A DNA stretch of 64,000 bases from an uncultured Clostridia bacterium (lineage in GTDB: Bacteria > Bacillota > Clostridia > TANB77 > CAG-508). Shown piece by piece: positions 1-10,113 of the stretch; within the stretch, counting starts at the first letter, position 1, and every line of letters begins with the position of its first letter. The stretch is from assembly GCA_947630545.1 (NCBI GenBank), contig CANRHX010000001.1:20499-84498 (forward strand). The letters run 5' to 3'. The position numbers and the translations under genes are program-made. A model generated the notes under the pieces. It ran no database searches and was not told where the DNA came from. It was given only the letters and a program-made list of their open reading frames with translations.

Positions 1-26
1 GAATTAGAAAGAGAGGTATAAGCATT

Positions 27-395
27 ATGTGTAATATGTTGATTTCGATAAATCCAGAGCATGTGGAAAATATTTTTAATGGTAGTAAAAAGTATGAATA
101 TAGAAAAATTAGATGTAAGCAAGATATTGATAAAATAATTATTTATTCAACATACCCTATAATGAAAGTTGTAGGAGAAGCAAAGGTTGAAAAAATATTG
201 GAAGATTCTCCAGATAATATATGGGAAGAGACTAAAAAGTATTCAGGAATTGACTTAAAATTCTATCAAAAATATTTTAAAGATAGGAGTAAGGCAATTG
301 CATATAAATTGACAAATATTAAGAAATACAGTGATCCAAAGGAGCTATCAAGTTATGGAATAAAATCTGCTCCTCAATCTTTCATATATGTATAA
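27..395 (+). CDS. ASCH-domain (PUA-like fold) protein
   Basis: 122-aa ORF. The N-terminal pattern 'ISINPEHVENIFNGSKKYEYRK' resembles ASCH-domain proteins. A GAGAGG RBS lies upstream. Confidence 0.4.
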   Translation: MCNMLISINPEHVENIFNGSKKYEYRKIRCKQDIDKIIIYSTYPIMKVVGEAKVEKILEDSPDNIWEETKKYSGIDLKFYQKYFKDRSKAIAYKLTNIKKYSDPKELSSYGIKSAPQSFIYV

Positions 396-436
396 TTAAA
401 ATACCAGAAGAAAATAATTCTTCTGGTATTTTTAGA

Positions 437-733
437 TTATTCCTCAAAACACCCCATTGCTATCTGACTTCCATCTACGAATCCATTTCTGTAATATTTT
501 TCATTCCAATAATATAAGTAGTCCATAAAATTCTTATCAAGCTGATCTAGTTGTTTTTGAACAAATTTCTGATTTTGTTTTGGTACATTCTTTAGTATTT
601 TCTCTGCAATTTCATCAAAATATATGCAGTATTTCTTATCTTGAGGAGACATCTCACAAAAGGCAGTTTCCTCTCTAAATTCTAACCATTCTTTTAATAT
701 ATCATCTTTATTTACTTCTCTAAAATTTATCAT
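437..733 (-). CDS. hypothetical protein
   Basis: 98-aa ORF in tandem with the TnpV-like gene on the same strand. No recognisable motif. Confidence 0.3.
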   Translation of the reverse strand: MINFREVNKDDILKEWLEFREETAFCEMSPQDKKYCIYFDEIAEKILKNVPKQNQKFVQKQLDQLDKNFMDYLYYWNEKYYRNGFVDGSQIAMGCFEE

Positions 734-745
734 ATTTAATTCCTC

Positions 746-1099
746 CTACACATATATAATTTCATTAAAAACAATTTCTTCAGCAGCGTTTTTAAAGTTG
801 TTCATTAATCCAACCCATTTTAGTTGATCTGTTCTTTTTAGTTCTTCATTAACATTGTTTTCTTTAGCCATTTCTCTGACCGTTATATTTACAATGTGAT
901 TACATCTTTCATCAATACCTTTTAGGTAACTAGACAGAGCTCCATTCATCATTAATTCAGTATATAAGCCTCGTTTATTTTCTTTAATATATTTTAATCT
1001 AGCTCTACCATATTTGCCTAAAACAACATTTTCTTGATTTTTTAATGCTAAATCAGGAATCAAATAATCTCCTTCTTTGTGATAAGTAATTTTATTCAT
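746..1099 (-). CDS. tnpV: TnpV-like transposon-associated protein (Tn4451 family)
   Basis: 117 aa. The N-terminus 'MNKITYHKEGDYLIPDL' and the C-terminal 'EIVFNEIIY' match the conserved pattern of TnpV proteins of clostridial transposons (call from memory). Confidence 0.55.
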   Translation of the reverse strand: MNKITYHKEGDYLIPDLALKNQENVVLGKYGRARLKYIKENKRGLYTELMMNGALSSYLKGIDERCNHIVNITVREMAKENNVNEELKRTDQLKWVGLMNNFKNAAEEIVFNEIIYV

Positions 1100-1617
1100 T
1101 TTTCAAAACCTCCAAAATAAATTTTTAGGTTTCCCATTTATATCCATTTTTTATTACAAACATCTGTGTAAAATTCTTGGGGAAATAATGGGGAAAAATT
1201 TTTCAAAAAAGTACAAAAAATTACACAAATGTTTGCTATGCCAAAAACCCCGAAGGTATTAAAATACCAGTCAAAACCCTTGATTTCACTAAAGCACAAG
1301 AAACGGGCAGGTCGCCCTCATAACCCGAAGGTCGTAAATTCAAGTCTTACCCCTGCAACCACGTCGCAGTTAGCAAAAGGATAGCTGTTTTTTCTACTCA
1401 AAAATAAACTTTGTTTTACCTTTTTAAGCTATATCTATTTATACAGATTAGCCTATAACTATTTTTCTCTTTTTTCTATACACCCGGTTATTACTTATTA
1501 CACTTCCTTTCAAGTATGACTATGGGTGGAAAGTAAATACTTGTTAACCGAAATGATTATATAATGAGATCTAACAAAATATAAGAGGTGATTGTTAAAA
1601 TATAGCTAAGTGATAAA

Positions 1618-2176
1618 TTGAATAATTTAGCTTTAAAGAAGCTATTAAGGAGCAAAGGGGAAAAACTTATTTTAACTGGAAAGATATCAGAAATAGAAGA
1701 TAAAAATGAGAATATTGCTTGTGCAATAGTTTGGTATGAAAACATAAAAATTTTGATTCCACGTACTCATTTAAGAAGATCAAAAGCAAATAAGCCAATT
1801 ATTCGTGGTATGATTGGAGCAGAAATTGAATTTATTGTAATGGAAATAGATACTATATCTAACATTGCAATAGCAAGTAAAATTGATGCAATGGAATTAA
1901 GAAAACAGTTAGAAATACCAAATTTACGAGTAAATGACATAGTAAGGATAAGGATTTTTTAGAAAATCCATATAAAAATATTCGTAAATATTTAATTGAA
2001 GGTGGAGAATATACAGGCAAAGTATTGCATTTCCAAAAGGATATTCTGGCATTATCGTGCAATTAGATAATACAAATATGACTTGTTTAATTAGAGTTCC
2101 TGCAAAATTCAATAATTATCCACATTATCTTAACAATGTGTTGATAAAGTTTAGTGAAATAGATACAAAAAATTGA
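1618..2176 (+). pseudogene. S1-like RNA-binding protein (CvfB/YitL-like), interrupted by frameshifts
   Basis: The 1618-1962 ORF shows S1-like G-x-I-x-x-I...HL patterns. The reading continues in two other frames ('EGGEYTGKVLHFQKD...', 'GIIVQLDNTNMTCLIRVPAKF...') up to about 2176. That implies at least two indels. Confidence 0.3.
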
Positions 2177-2372
2177 TGAAAAAGCTTATTGCATTAGATT
2201 TTTTTTGTATGTTTAAATACAAGTTAGTGCATTTTTATATTGGTTTAGAACCAATACAACTAACATTTATATTATAAAAATATAAATCTGCTTTTTAAGT
2301 TAAAAGCATAAATGTATAATAAAATTTCAATTTTCCTCTTTCTTAATTTTTTGCCAATATAAAGGGCGATAC

Positions 2373-2654
2373 ATGCATTATCATAGAGGAGTAGGACAAG
2401 TATATATTGTATTTATAACAAAATATAATTTACTATACGATATAATTGTTATAGATAAAGGAAACGAGGAGGGATTACTAAAGTTACTTAAAATTGAATC
2501 CCCTGCTATTCCTGAAGCTGACAGGCTTAACCTACTATTTGAAGATGATGAGTGTTTAAACAAAATTGAATGTAACACACCTTATGCTTACTGTTTATAC
2601 CCAGAAATTAAAATAATAAATCGCAAAAAGGTTGATATTAAGCCAAGTAAGTAG
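2373..2654 (+). CDS. hypothetical protein
   Basis: 93-aa ORF. No motif and weak coding signal. Confidence 0.2.
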   Translation: MHYHRGVGQVYIVFITKYNLLYDIIVIDKGNEEGLLKLLKIESPAIPEADRLNLLFEDDECLNKIECNTPYAYCLYPEIKIINRKKVDIKPSK

Positions 2655-2744
2655 TATAATCTTATCAAATGTAAATATTCATATATTTATATTTTTGTTT
2701 ACTAAAAAAAGCAGGGCTACAAATTAATGTAACCTTGCTTTTTC

Positions 2745-3125
2745 TTAATTATTATTATGAGCTAATTTTCTCCTTGCTTCAATTATTTTTCTTTTATATG
2801 TTTTGTAATCGCTTTGTAGCTTTGTTATTTGTTCTTTATACAAATTTTCAATCTTAAAAATTTGCTCTTGTGTCATGTCTTCTTCAGTTATTAATCCATT
2901 TTCATAATTTCTTTGTAATTTTTCTATCTGTTGTTTTTCTACATTTGGTGTTATTTTTATATCATCTAAAAAAGATGATTGGTTTACTTCTTGACTATCG
3001 AAAGAATTATTATCATAACTAGGTTGTTGTATCTCTATTTTATTTTTACCAAAAAGACTTTTAAAAAAATTTTTTATTTTTGCAAAAAAGCCTCTTCCAG
3101 TAACCATTAATGTTTTATTTTCCAT
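2745..3125 (-). CDS. small SHOCT-like domain protein
   Basis: 126 aa. 'LQRNYENGLITEEDMTQEQIFKIENL' fits the SHOCT consensus (L..L...G.IT.EEF). It sits directly downstream of the HD protein on the same strand, with an 11-nt gap. Confidence 0.4.
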   Translation of the reverse strand: MENKTLMVTGRGFFAKIKNFFKSLFGKNKIEIQQPSYDNNSFDSQEVNQSSFLDDIKITPNVEKQQIEKLQRNYENGLITEEDMTQEQIFKIENLYKEQITKLQSDYKTYKRKIIEARRKLAHNNN

Positions 3126-3135
3126 TTGTTACCTC

Positions 3136-5055
3136 CTATTTATTTTTTCTGTCATTGTCTCTTGTTTCTAAAAGTTCTGAATATTCACTTAATAATGATT
3201 TTGCTTCATCATTTTTTCTAGATATATCTTCTTTTAATTCCTTATATCTCTGTAATCTGTTTTTAGAATATAAAATGGATTGGATATATGCTAATGGCAT
3301 TGCTTCTTCAATATTAGACATATTTTCTAATTTTTCAGCTTTGGTACCATCTATTACCTTCTTACCATTTGGCGTTGTTCTTTCAGCAATTTCACTTTGT
3401 GCTCCAGCATCAGCTCTACAAAGTTTTAATAGCATTTGATAATCATCTAATGAAGCGTCATAGCTAGAATTATATTCTCCGGAATTAATCTTTGCTTTAA
3501 CTTCTTGAATATTTATCGGTATAGAAATTGGCCCATCTTTTGTTCTAAAATCAGGTTCTTGTCTATGTGCTAAGGTATAAACTATTGCTCTAATTTCATC
3601 TTTATTATATCCCATTGCTTGAAAATCAAATCTATTCTCTATAACTTTTTCTGCAATTGTTTCTGGACTTATTCCTCTAATGAACTCATGATTTTGCATA
3701 AAAGGTGCTAACTTTGATTTATAGCTTATAAAATCATCATGGTGTGCAATATAGAATGATAATTGTTCTATTTCTTCTTTACTATACCCTAAGCCTTCCA
3801 ATATTGGTTTTGCAACATCAACTGAATGATGAGCATGTCCATAGAAAACCTGTTGACCTGTTCTAGGATTAAAGCTTGATACATCCGGTTTTCCTATATC
3901 ATGAAAAAATGCAGCTACTCTTAATTTTTTAAATTGGTCAGGCGTTAAGCCTATAGGTTTTATTCCTTCAACAGTTCTTAAAGTATGCTCCCATAAATCA
4001 TAACAATGGTGCGAATTTTTTTGTTCAAATCCAACCATTCGAGCAACTTCTGCTCCTAGCTGTTGTTCTAATTCTTCAGGAGTTTTTGATTTAAAAAACT
4101 CAACAATATCATCTCGTACTAAACTGTTTTCAAATATTTGTCTTGGAGTTTCTTCTTGTGAACTTTGTTTTGATTCTTTATTTCTATCATCAAAAAATAA
4201 TTCATCTATATTAAATGGTTCTGTTAATTGTTCTTTATTGCCAAATAATGTTTCTACTCCAGAATCGTAAGATAAATCTGTATCATTTGGAATATACTTT
4301 TTACTAATATACCTATTTTGTAATACAGAATATAATCTATCTTTTAACATTAGATAACATTCAATTGCGTTATTCTGTAATTCACTTACATAATCCATAT
4401 CCCATTCTAGTTGAACCATTGCTGAATTAGGGTTTCCATTCTCCATTATGAATCTACTTAACTCTTCAATCTCGTCTTTTGTTAATCTAGAATTTTCTGT
4501 AATTCCATTTTCTTGGATATCTCTTAATTTAACTTTTATTAATTCTTGTTTCTTCTCATTTATCTGTTGAGATAATTGTTGTAATTCTTCATTTATTTTT
4601 TCTATGTCAGCTTCACAGTTAATTCCTTTTTCACCACCAAACAATTGATTAATATCTAATGATTCTGTGAGTTGCCTTTTGCTTCCCACTAAAGTTTTTC
4701 TTCCATTATAGAAATCATCTCTAGAATAATCTTTTTTTATATTATTCCTATTTATAAAAGTGTTATCTGATATCGAATAAACTTTATCTCCTATTAATAT
4801 ATAGCAATCAATAAAATCATCTTCATAATCAAAATCATAATGCCATTCTTTTTGAATCCATGTTGATTTAGGATTTCCATTATCTATTAAAAAAGAACGT
4901 AACATTACTATTTCATCAGGACTCAAATTAGTTTGGTTTGATATTCCATTTTCTTGAATTTCCATTAATTTTGCTTTTATTAAGTCTTGTTTCTTTTCTT
5001 TTTCTTGTTTAAGTAGTTGTTGTATTTCAAGAGATATCTTTTCTATTCCTTCCAT
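3136..5055 (-). CDS. HD-domain phosphohydrolase with duplicated N-terminal coiled-coil/SHOCT-like modules
   Basis: 639 aa. HD motifs are 'HHCYDLWEHTL', 'AAFFHDIGKP' and 'YIAHHDD'. Residues 1-110 and 150-260 are an internal duplication ('IQENGIS..LSPDEI..NGNP' and 'IQENGIT..LTKDEI..NGNP'). Confidence 0.65.
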   Translation of the reverse strand: MEGIEKISLEIQQLLKQEKEKKQDLIKAKLMEIQENGISNQTNLSPDEIVMLRSFLIDNGNPKSTWIQKEWHYDFDYEDDFIDCYILIGDKVYSISDNTFINRNNIKKDYSRDDFYNGRKTLVGSKRQLTESLDINQLFGGEKGINCEADIEKINEELQQLSQQINEKKQELIKVKLRDIQENGITENSRLTKDEIEELSRFIMENGNPNSAMVQLEWDMDYVSELQNNAIECYLMLKDRLYSVLQNRYISKKYIPNDTDLSYDSGVETLFGNKEQLTEPFNIDELFFDDRNKESKQSSQEETPRQIFENSLVRDDIVEFFKSKTPEELEQQLGAEVARMVGFEQKNSHHCYDLWEHTLRTVEGIKPIGLTPDQFKKLRVAAFFHDIGKPDVSSFNPRTGQQVFYGHAHHSVDVAKPILEGLGYSKEEIEQLSFYIAHHDDFISYKSKLAPFMQNHEFIRGISPETIAEKVIENRFDFQAMGYNKDEIRAIVYTLAHRQEPDFRTKDGPISIPINIQEVKAKINSGEYNSSYDASLDDYQMLLKLCRADAGAQSEIAERTTPNGKKVIDGTKAEKLENMSNIEEAMPLAYIQSILYSKNRLQRYKELKEDISRKNDEAKSLLSEYSELLETRDNDRKNK

Positions 5056-5218
5056 AATACATATCCTCCATATATTTATTTACATATACATAGTAATTAT
5101 AGCATAATGTCGTTTTTTTACAATTAAAAAATTAATATAATTGTAAAAATAATGAAAAATTCTTTTAATATTATCCAGTTATTTATACAACTTATCCAGA
5201 TTTTGAGATAATAAATGC

Positions 5219-5488
5219 TTGATTTTATATCGATGCATTCTCACTTCCCATCAACATCATATGTATCCAGACACATTCTATGCTACAATAGAAGACATAT
5301 ATGATCCAGGAGTTTATGGTATAAAATCAATAAAAGTTAAAGGAATTGATATAAATGATGTAAATCATAGAGGAGAATATTATTTTGATGTTCCATTAAA
5401 TAATATAGGCGATAATTTTAAAATAAAATGGAACGAAACCAATATTAATTTTGAACAATTAAAAATTGGCCAAACTATTGCAATATAA
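5219..5488 (+). CDS. hypothetical protein
   Basis: 89-aa ORF. A hairpin terminator candidate follows at about 5571-5605. Confidence 0.2.
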   Translation: MILYRCILTSHQHHMYPDTFYATIEDIYDPGVYGIKSIKVKGIDINDVNHRGEYYFDVPLNNIGDNFKIKWNETNINFEQLKIGQTIAI

Positions 5489-5640
5489 AATTATGGCAAT
5501 ATTTTAGAATCTGAATTAACAAGTGTAAGAATGATTGTAGTATTAGAAGATAAATTATAAAAAATTAAAATCTCAGGCATTTACCTTAAAAGGTAAGTGC
5601 TTTTTTATTGTGAAACGAGAACCACCAGTTTTACTGGTGG

Positions 5641-6696
5641 TTATAATTTTTTATTTATAATAAATGATGATACTTTACCATCTATATTAGTAATTTGTAA
5701 TATAAAACTATCTAAATTTTTAACGTCATCATTAATATCAATCCATGCAAAATAGCTATTAGAATCTTTTATAGTATTAATATCATTTTTCTTTGAGTAT
5801 AATTCATTATGATTATTATCTAATAATTGAAATTTGTATCCAAAGCATTCATAATCAGAACTATTAAAAGTTATTCCTAAACCTGTATTAGTTGATATTA
5901 CTTTTTCCAAATTAATATTAATGTCATTTGAAATTGTTTTAAATACATAATTTGTTGTGTCCCTATCATTAAATTTATTGTCAATATCTAATTGTAAATT
6001 ATAATTTCCATTTAATTCTTTTTTATTAACGATTCCTTTATCAACTGTGTATAGTGTAATTTTATCAAAACTTATATATAGAGTATTAATTTTAGGAAAT
6101 TGATTTGAAACCAAAGTAAAAGCTACTGATATTTCATTATTTGATTTTTGTATTTTGGTAAATCTCATTGATTGGGCTATATTATTTTTCCAAATATTTT
6201 GTTCTTCACTATCTATATGAATCTGATTATTATTTTCATCTTTTATTTCTAATCCAGATATAGATAAATCTTCAAATTTATCTATATTAAAATTAGTAAC
6301 AAAATCTATAGAAAATATTAAATTAATATCATTTAGTAGAGAATGCTCTAATTTGTATTTAACTCCATTTTCTTCAATATATTTATCATTACTATATTGT
6401 ATATAATTGTTATTAATTGCCTCTTGAAGTTGTTGTTCTCCATATCCATGTTCGCCTAAGTTAAATATGCTTTTTAAATAATCTTTTGCAAATACAATGC
6501 CCGTTGTAATAAAAATACTTGCACATAATCCAGCTATTAATTTATAATATTTATTATATGATTTTTTATTTGCTTTTTCTTGGTCGCTATCATATAAATT
6601 ATTAACTGTAGATATTATTCTGCTTCCTAATTCTTTTGGTATATCGTCTTTTGAACCTAAAGAATCTGAAATAATTTTATCCGTATAATTTTTCAT
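5641..6696 (-). CDS. anti-sigma-factor-like membrane protein
   Basis: 351 aa. It overlaps the sigma-factor gene by 20 nt. Short cytoplasmic N-terminus, one TM ('LIAGLCASIFITTGIVFA'), then an extracellular domain. This is the typical ECF anti-sigma layout. Confidence 0.5.
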   Translation of the reverse strand: MKNYTDKIISDSLGSKDDIPKELGSRIISTVNNLYDSDQEKANKKSYNKYYKLIAGLCASIFITTGIVFAKDYLKSIFNLGEHGYGEQQLQEAINNNYIQYSNDKYIEENGVKYKLEHSLLNDINLIFSIDFVTNFNIDKFEDLSISGLEIKDENNNQIHIDSEEQNIWKNNIAQSMRFTKIQKSNNEISVAFTLVSNQFPKINTLYISFDKITLYTVDKGIVNKKELNGNYNLQLDIDNKFNDRDTTNYVFKTISNDININLEKVISTNTGLGITFNSSDYECFGYKFQLLDNNHNELYSKKNDINTIKDSNSYFAWIDINDDVKNLDSFILQITNIDGKVSSFIINKKL

Positions 6697-7219
6697 TTAA
6701 TTCTCCTTTCAAATTATTTTTTATTTTATTTTTTGCCCTTTTTATAATACTTTTTACAGTATTTTCATTAATTTTCGTTATTTTAGATATTTCTTTTGTC
6801 GTATATAAATTTTTATAATATAAAATCATAATAATTTTTTCTTTATCATTCAAACAGTCTAGTAATTCATGAAATTCTATATTAACATCTATATCATTTG
6901 AATTATAATTTCCCTGAGTATTATCATAAAATTTTGAGTCTTGAATAGATATCACATCTGCTTTATTTTTCTTATTATATAACTTGTAACACTCATTAAT
7001 TAGTACTTTGATTATCCATTGTTTTAATGATGATTTTGATTTTAATTTAGACATATTCTTATAAGTAATAATTATGGTTTCTTGTATTGCATCGAGTGCA
7101 TCATCTTTATTTCCAGTTTTAGATAAAGCTATTTTATATAAATCACTTTGCAGTTCTAAAAATATAAGAGAAAATGCATTTTTATCTCCAGATATAGCTT
7201 TATTTATTAATTCTTCCAT
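6677..7219 (-). CDS. ECF-type RNA polymerase sigma-70 family factor
   Basis: 180 aa. It has sigma region 2 ('DALDAIQETIIITYKN') and a region 4 HTH ('TTKEISKITKINENTVKSIIKRAKNKI'). Confidence 0.7.
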   Translation of the reverse strand: MEELINKAISGDKNAFSLIFLELQSDLYKIALSKTGNKDDALDAIQETIIITYKNMSKLKSKSSLKQWIIKVLINECYKLYNKKNKADVISIQDSKFYDNTQGNYNSNDIDVNIEFHELLDCLNDKEKIIMILYYKNLYTTKEISKITKINENTVKSIIKRAKNKIKNNLKGELNEKLYG

Positions 7220-7443
7220 TCTTTCTCCTTTCGTACCAAATAGGTTTTAATCGCGATTCTATTTAATAGATAAAAAAATATTTAAAATAGTTGCATTTTA
7301 TATATAAAATTAATATATAAAGTGATTGTAACACAAAAAAGTACTTTATGTAAAATATGCAAAACATAAAAAATACACTCCAAATATTAGACTTTTAATA
7401 TTTAAAGTGTATTTTTTAATTGTTCTATAAGATGTAAAAATGG

Positions 7444-8703
7444 TTATGGAACAATTCTTACTGTTCCATTTTCTTCAATTTGGACATTAGATATTGGAAT
7501 TGACACTAACGGACGGATTCCTCTATTACCTGTATAGCTGTAGCTACCGTTGGACATAGCCGATTGTTTATTATACATAACCCGTCCATCGTCACCAACA
7601 CATGGTGAAGCTAGCCAGTAGCTTTTTCCTGTGTAATATAATCCATTTAATATAGTGGTTCGTATTGGATTTCCGCCGTTTCCATCGTCATATAAATAAA
7701 ATGGTTTATCCTGTAGATATCCTTCATCTGTTACATCACTATCTTCCCAAGTCACAGTAGTAGAAGGTGCGTCTTTTCCTCCTGTTTCTTTTGCCTCATT
7801 CCAAGATAATGCTATTAATTCTTTTGTTGGCGCTCCTACTGCATATGTTCCTTTTGGTGCTGACTTTGATATAAACTCTGTCCAATTTTTTGGGTCACAT
7901 AAATAAATTGTAGCACGAATTTTTTTATTTGTAATTAATTTACCACCTAATTTTGTCTTCCATCTTTCATTATAATCTGCTCCATATGTTACATTACTAT
8001 ATGTATAACCTGAATCAGCTTCCGCATTTTTTTCACCAAATAAATCACCGGTATTTTCAGAACCTGAACTACCCAAAAATTTGTTGCTCGCAATATCCGT
8101 CGAAATTAAAAACATTTCTTTTTCGCTTGCATAGAATACTCTCCAACCTCCACTATAACTTGACGAATATCCTGAATAATTGACATCTTGTCCTATTGCA
8201 TCATTTATTTTTTCTTTCTTCTCGGCGTTCGTAAGTATTTCTCCAGTACCTCCTGTTGATGCTACTGTATCGCTCCATGTTATTCCACCGTTTTCTTCTA
8301 TTGTTCCAGTCACTGTGTATGATTTTGTTTCTAATGTTATTGTATAATCTGTTACTCCTGATGACTCTAGCAATTGTTTATTTCTTTCTTTGGCTTTTCT
8401 TACTGCTTCTTTTGCGGCTTCTACCACTTTTCCTCGTGTACTTGCTCCTGTTGTTACATTTCCTTTTACATATTCATTATTATAATAATTTAATAATGCC
8501 TCTTGTACCTCCATTGCTATTTCATCTTTAGCTCCTGCTATAGCATCTTTTTGTGCTGCCTCCGTTGCTTTTTGTGGCGCACTGTTGTTTCCTGATAGCA
8601 TCGCGATTGTTACTCCTGCTAAAATTAACAAAACAATAATAGTTATGACTAATGCAATTAATGTAATTCCATCATTTTTACGTCCTTTTCCTTTAAAATC
8701 CAT
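7444..8703 (-). CDS. secreted protein with prepilin-like N-terminal segment
   Basis: The N-terminus 'KGKGRKNDG|ITLIALVITIIVLLILAGV' resembles a class III (type IV pilin) signal, but has Ala instead of Glu at +5. The probable start is the ATG at 8703, which has an AAAGGTGG RBS. The C-terminal region is Gly/Ser/Thr-rich. Confidence 0.4.
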   Translation of the reverse strand: MDFKGKGRKNDGITLIALVITIIVLLILAGVTIAMLSGNNSAPQKATEAAQKDAIAGAKDEIAMEVQEALLNYYNNEYVKGNVTTGASTRGKVVEAAKEAVRKAKERNKQLLESSGVTDYTITLETKSYTVTGTIEENGGITWSDTVASTGGTGEILTNAEKKEKINDAIGQDVNYSGYSSSYSGGWRVFYASEKEMFLISTDIASNKFLGSSGSENTGDLFGEKNAEADSGYTYSNVTYGADYNERWKTKLGGKLITNKKIRATIYLCDPKNWTEFISKSAPKGTYAVGAPTKELIALSWNEAKETGGKDAPSTTVTWEDSDVTDEGYLQDKPFYLYDDGNGGNPIRTTILNGLYYTGKSYWLASPCVGDDGRVMYNKQSAMSNGSYSYTGNRGIRPLVSIPISNVQIEENGTVRIVP

Positions 8704-8931
8704 ACTTTTACCACCTTTCATTTGTAACATTAAGTATTTGACTTAACGACTTTTCTATAACTCGTATTATATCAATATAATAGTCTTTTGACAATATTTT
8801 TTAGAAAAAATTTTACAAAAAATTTAAAAAATAAAATTAATGCAATTATTACGCAAAGTGAGTAAAATAAAAGCTTTTAGAGAATTTTATTTAAATTTAA
8901 ATTACCCTTAAGTCAAATACTTCACGACTTT

Positions 8932-9882
8932 TTATAATTTTTCTAAATATTTCTTTTGCAATTTATAATTTGAATGAATATATTTATTCAGTGTAATTTC
9001 AACACTAGAATGCCCTAAAACTTCACTCAAACTTTTTATGTCCATTCCTACCTCTAAGCAATTATTTGCAAAAGTATGTCGCAAAGCATGAAATTTATAA
9101 GATTTTATTTTACAATTCTTAAGTTTCTGCTTAAAGAATTTTTGATAATTTCTTGGTTCAATAAACTTTTCATTATTACCAGTCAAGAAAAAATCATTTT
9201 CTTTATATTTCTTCTTTAACGGTTTTAAAATTTCATACAATTTATTTGATATAGGTATTGTTCTTATTGAATGAATTGTTTTTGGAACATCAATTATAAC
9301 TTTAGTTCCATTTTCTTTATTCTCATAAACCCTTTGTAATGTTTTTCTTACGAACAATAATTTCTTATCTAAATTAATATTTTCCCACTTTAAAGCACAG
9401 ACTTCTCCAATTCTTAATCCAGTATTTAAACAAATTAATATTCCTATACTTTTTAAAGAATTTTCTCTAATACAAGCATTCTCAAGTTTTCCTCTTTCTT
9501 TATTACTTAATATTTCTACTTTTTCTTGCATTAGTTTTGGACTTTTAATTTTCTTTATTTTCAAATTACAATTATATTCTTCATTTCCATATGCCAATAT
9601 TGATTTTAAAATACACAATATATCTCTTGTTGTTTTGCTTGAAAGTTCATCCATTAGATTTATTACAAATTTATTAAAATTATAATTTTGCAATGCTTCT
9701 ATTTCAATATCTCCAAAAGTCGGCATGATATATCTATTAATAGAATAAACATATTTGCAATAAGTTGATTCTTTTATTGATATTTTCTTTATTTCTAGCC
9801 ATTCATTTACTAATTTCCTAAAATTTAATTTATCATCTTCTTTCTTTACTATATTTTTTTTGAGCTTATTTAATAATTTCAT
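8932..9882 (-). CDS. tyrosine-type site-specific recombinase/integrase
   Basis: 316 aa. The C-terminal catalytic motif is 'HALRHTFANNCLEVGMDIKSLSEVLGHSSVEITLNKYIH' (R..H..R/H..Y). Confidence 0.8.
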   Translation of the reverse strand: MKLLNKLKKNIVKKEDDKLNFRKLVNEWLEIKKISIKESTYCKYVYSINRYIMPTFGDIEIEALQNYNFNKFVINLMDELSSKTTRDILCILKSILAYGNEEYNCNLKIKKIKSPKLMQEKVEILSNKERGKLENACIRENSLKSIGILICLNTGLRIGEVCALKWENINLDKKLLFVRKTLQRVYENKENGTKVIIDVPKTIHSIRTIPISNKLYEILKPLKKKYKENDFFLTGNNEKFIEPRNYQKFFKQKLKNCKIKSYKFHALRHTFANNCLEVGMDIKSLSEVLGHSSVEITLNKYIHSNYKLQKKYLEKL

Positions 9883-9985
9883 CTGTTACATCGCCTTTCT
9901 ATTTTTGTTATAATAATATCAAATATTTGTAATTTTTCTAATTAGCATGCAAAAAATAAAAAATGCAAAAAAATTTTAAAAAAAA

Positions 9986-10014
9986 TTGACAAATTATAAA
10001 TTATAATGTATAAT
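9986..10014 (+). promoter_or_regulatory. consensus sigma-A promoter (TTGACA-17-TATAAT)
   Basis: TTGACA is at 9986-9991, followed by a 17-nt spacer and TATAAT at 10009-10014. Both hexamers are perfect. Confidence 0.5.
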
Positions 10015-10113
10015 CTTAGCAGATTCGGTATAGCACCTTATCTGCAAGATTAATTTTATAAAATAAAACAATTCGCAAAATACTGTAATTTTGTGTTTAT
10101 TCTTGCAATAAGG

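Noticed and set aside
5610-5645. Second hairpin (aaccaccag/ctggtggtt) at the stop codon of the anti-sigma gene, as a terminator.
   Set aside because: It overlaps the stop codon, and neither strand has a convincing U-tract after it. It is left unannotated.
9883-10092. Searched for a tRNA or att site next to the integrase.
   Set aside because: No cloverleaf-compatible sequence is present. Only a promoter and an AT-rich leader were found.
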